Of a stretch of 64,000 nt of DNA, positions 60,574-64,000 are shown piece after piece. Source of the stretch: Felis catus (lineage: Eukaryota). Each line of letters opens with the position of its first letter. Position 1 is the stretch's first letter. The stretch lies in NCBI RefSeq assembly GCF_018350175.1, contig NC_058368.1, forward strand, positions 107,262,001-107,326,000, read 5' to 3'. Position numbers and translations under genes: made by a program. The notes under the pieces were generated by a model. It was not told where the DNA came from. It was given only the letters and a program-made list of their open reading frames with translations, and did no database searches.

Positions 60574-60783
60574 GGGTCGCCTGGGTGGCTCAGTTGGTTG
60601 AGCGTTCAGCTTTGGCTCAGGTCATGATCTCACTGTTGGTGAGTTTGAGCCCCGCATCCGGCTCTGTGCTGACAGCTCAGAGCCTGGAGCCTGCTTCGGA
60701 TTCTGTCGCTCTCTCCGCCCCTCCCCTGCTTGTGTTCTCTCTCTCTGTCTTTCAAAAATGAATAAACATAAAAAAATTTTTGA
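60574..60783 (+). mobile_element. SINEC_Fc-type SINE
   Basis: TSD gaagttttcagtaga 60559-60573 / 60784-60798. Confidence 0.92.
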
Positions 60784-60806
60784 GAAGTTTTCAGTAGATT
60801 CCCATT

Positions 60807-61517
60807 TGTTCTGGTTAACTCTTGTTACATAATCAACTACTCCCAAAAGCTTTAGTGGCTTAAAGCAAACATTTTTTATTGCTCATAATGTTGTGGGTCA
60901 GGAGTACAGGAAGGGCTCAGAGGATTCCCATGGCATCTGCTGGGATGGCTGGGGCAGGAGGGTCCACGTCCAGGACGGAGTCTTCACTGCCATTTCTGGA
61001 GCTGTGCTGCTCTTGGCTGTTTCTCTCCACATGGTGTCCCATCCTCCAGAGCCCTCTTCATGTGACTAGGGCTTCAGAAAGCATGGTTGCCCCAGGATAG
61101 TTAGCTTCTTACAAGGCAGCTTGGGGGTCCAAGAACAAGTGTTCCAGGAGACCAAGACAGAGTCTGGAAATCTTCCTGTAACCTACCTTTAGAAATCGGC
61201 CACACTTGGGCGCCTGGGTGGCTCATTTGCTTAAATATCCGACTCTTGATTTTGGCTCAGGTCATGATCTCACAGTTCATGGGTTTGAGCCTCACATCAG
61301 GCTCTATGCTCAAAGTGCAGAACCTGCTTGGGATTCTGTCTCCCTACCCCGCTCAGGCTTGCGCTCGCTCTCTCTATCTCTCTCTCAAAATAAGTAAATA
61401 AACATTAAAAAAAAAAAAAGAAATCTGCCACATTCTGTTTGCTCATCAAGGAAGTCACTCAGGAAGGAGGATTGGAAATAATCATAAAGAACATGTGGCC
61501 CTTTTAAATCTACAATA
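60807..61517 (-). mobile_element. MLT1-type MaLR solo LTR interrupted by a SINE
   Basis: ttagtggcttaaagcaaacattttttattgctcat...tgggtcaggag...ctctccacatgg...ttttaaatctaca. Confidence 0.8.
61208..61418 (+). mobile_element. Can-SINE inside MLT1
   Basis: TSD agaaatc(g/t)gccaca 61191-61204 / 61419-61432. Confidence 0.9.
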
Positions 61518-62320
61518 CACTCAGTATGCATAGAAATTTATTTCATCATCTCCCTCCCCTAAAAACTGCAGACTAAAGCCAGGGAAAGAAACACCAACTA
61601 TCTTTGAAGCTTGAAATTTCAATCTCAGTATCATCAGACAAATTGAAATAAACAAAACGATGTAGTGAACTGTAAAGAAAAGGAGCAAGAGTTGAACTTT
61701 TTTTTTCTCAAGAAGGCAGGTGTATTCATCGAAAATAGGTTTAAAAAGCACTTCACAGCACACTTTTTTTTATAACATTGCCTGTCAGTCTCTCACAGAG
61801 ACAAAGGATTTCTAGCAGGCTGCAAATGCCATGATGGGAGAATGTGTCAATCAAGAGTCGTGATTAGAGAAAAGTGTTAGACAGAGGAAACTTAAATCTC
61901 AGAAGAGCGTGTTTACTTGCTTTACCTTTCCAGCCATTTTCAAGTGCTCTGAAGAATGTGGCACATTCACACAGGTAAATCCAGCATTTTTGTTTATCCG
62001 TTCATAAGATAACCTGAAAAATAAAGAGGAACTCTTTTTTATATAAAAGAATAATAGATAAATCTCATGTTTAAAATTGTCCTACAACCAAACCATATCA
62101 CTTATACTCCAATAGATAATGCATACATGGGTTTTATAAATCTAGTGATTTGTTTCCCTTCAATCTATCACCCTCTTCTGTACCCTATGTTTGGGATTTT
62201 TTTTTTTTTTATCATTCAGAACAGTTTTGATTTACATACATTTCAATATTCATGGAAACTTTTAATTTTCAATAATGGGATTTTCAAAATTATTTCCTTT
62301 CTTTTTTTCCATTGTAGTAA

Positions 62321-62344
62321 ATCATCATCATCATCATCATCATC
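62321..62344. repeat. (ATC)n microsatellite
   Basis: atcatcatcatcatcatcatcatc. Confidence 0.85.
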
Positions 62345-63259
62345 GTTTTTCCTCCCTTAAGTCATTGTTGATGAATGGCTCCAAATAACTGCTTATTGCT
62401 CTGAAAATGATACATAAAGAAGTTGTTTATTTTTATCTTTATTTCTCAGCATTCTCCCCTTAGGCAGATGCTGGCTCTCCTCCTGCTCATCACATTATAC
62501 GTTGATGTAAAGAATAAATGTTTCTGATAACTTTAGATAGCTGTGTGTGTTCTCTGACTTTCCCCTTCCCACTTTCTCTTATTAATTCTAGACTTTTAAA
62601 TAGTTATTCATACTGTAAATAGTTTTGGTGTGCCCACTATATTCCTCTTCGTATGACCACGGCGCTAATTTCTGGGGCTAATTTCTTAGGGCTGTTGCCC
62701 TTAAGGAAATTATAGCCTAGCAAAAGAGGAAGAAGAGCCATTGGAAAACACATGGAATGCCATGGTAGAGGAATGCACTGGAGAGTCAACAGAGTCTGCA
62801 AATTACCCTTCTGGACAAAAGAGAGAAGGCAGGCATCATCTCCACAAAAGGCCAAAGACCTTTAGTGTCATACTAAGGACTTTGGAATTTATTCTGTAAA
62901 CAAGGGCTAGATAACGACAAGAATAAACATGCATTTAGAATTATTTTTCACAACCAAATGTTAAAGTCTATGACCTTTATCTTCAATTTTGTGAAAATTT
63001 TCAACATATTGTCTATAAAATTGTCTCTTCATGCATGCATATAAGAGTGTAAAGTGCTCTCCCTTCCCTAGATCTTTCTGTTTGAATGAGTTTGCCTTCC
63101 TACATATCTTTTCTTACTTTTTAGAATAAATCCTCAGAAATATTTGATCATGAAAGAATTCCTTATCCGGTATTTGTGACCTTCTTTGAAAAAGATACAT
63201 GGGTTATTCTTAACCAATATTAATATCTGAAAAGGATACAGGTTTAGATAACACTGCAA

Positions 63260-63505
63260 ATAATAATAAAAATAATAAGTTTATTGATGTCTAGTCATTT
63301 TCTAGTACTCTACTGATTATAGACATTTTCTCATTTTGTTCTATAATAACCTTACGAGTTAAGTATTATGATTGTCTCTATTTTACAAATGAGGGTGCAG
63401 AAACACAGAGATTAAGTTACTCTGCCCGGGTCTCTTGGCCAAGAGATGGAACACCAAGGACTGTAATACAGGCACCAAGATTTGAGAGTGTGTAAACTAT
63501 TTCAC
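63260..63505 (-). mobile_element. MIR
   Basis: ataaccttacgagttaagtattatgattgtctctattttacaaatgaggg..cacagagattaagttactctgccc. Confidence 0.7.
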
Positions 63506-63684
63506 ATAAGAGACCCCCTAAAATATGGTACCAGTAGCCACTTAATAGATATTGTCCTACATTCTGACAATTTCTAAGCATATCATATTTATTATTTTGC
63601 TACTTTATTTTTTTTATTTAGCTGTGTCATCCTGAAATTTTCAAAATGTCTCCTTTGCTGTAATAGCCAATGCTAAAGTGTGTC

Positions 63685-64000
63685 CTCCTTTTATTTATTG
63701 CAGTATCATGTGAATTCAATAAAACGCACAAATCTTAGTACAACTCGATGAATTTTCATATGTAAACATATTAATTCCACCCGGATCAAAACATATCCCT
63801 TTTCCCCAGTAGTTTTTCCCTAAAGCTTTCTAGTAAATGTGCACCCAGACGTAACCACCATCCTAAACTCTGCCACCATAAATTAGTTTTGTTCCCTTTC
63901 TGAATTTCATATAAACAGAAGCATACAGTCGGTATATCTTTGAGTCCTGTTTGTTTTGTTCAGTGTAACGTTTTTGTGATTTACCCCTGTAGTTACATGT
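63685..64000 (-). mobile_element. Old L1 3' end (L1M-type), runs off window
   Basis: gcacaaatcttagtacaactcgatgaattttca...gtaaccaccatcct...aattagttttg...tgaatttcatataaacagaagcatacag. Confidence 0.75.

Noticed and set aside
1059..61397. Family of recurring 60-80 aa ORFs (MAQSVKRPTSAQVMIS...SLSQK and reverse-frame variants)
   Set aside because: They are translations of Can-SINE copies, mostly from GTG starts; not a gene family
1048..61418. tRNA-like A/B boxes
   Set aside because: They belong to tRNA-derived SINE heads; no standalone tRNA cloverleaf was seen

Overview
Mammalian genomic DNA from a feliform carnivore, most likely a cat-family species: it is densely populated by tRNA-derived Can-SINEs of the feline SINEC_Fc type. 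The only protein-coding sequence is the large terminal coding exon of CHSY3 (chondroitin sulfate synthase 3) on the + strand. Its splice acceptor AG is at 45984-45985, its CDS is 45986-47548 (520 aa, with the DxD and GWGxED motifs of the beta-4-glycosyltransferase domain), and an AU-rich 3' UTR follows with AATAAA at 48356. Bases 1-45985 are inferred to be the 3' part of the long last intron, and about 48.4-64 kb is downstream flank. The rest is about 40 SINEs (many with readable target-site duplications, several nested or in closely spaced inverted pairs), L1/L2/MIR fragments, ERV1 and MaLR solo LTRs, DNA-transposon fossils and microsatellites. I found no convincing novel biological system. 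The most notable local structures are an L1 with a 5' inversion (twin-priming signature), SINE fold-backs that could form dsRNA, a templated duplication inside an L2, and a CTCF/E-box-rich island downstream of the gene. Repeat subfamily names are from recalled consensus similarity, not from a database search, and old-repeat boundaries are approximate.
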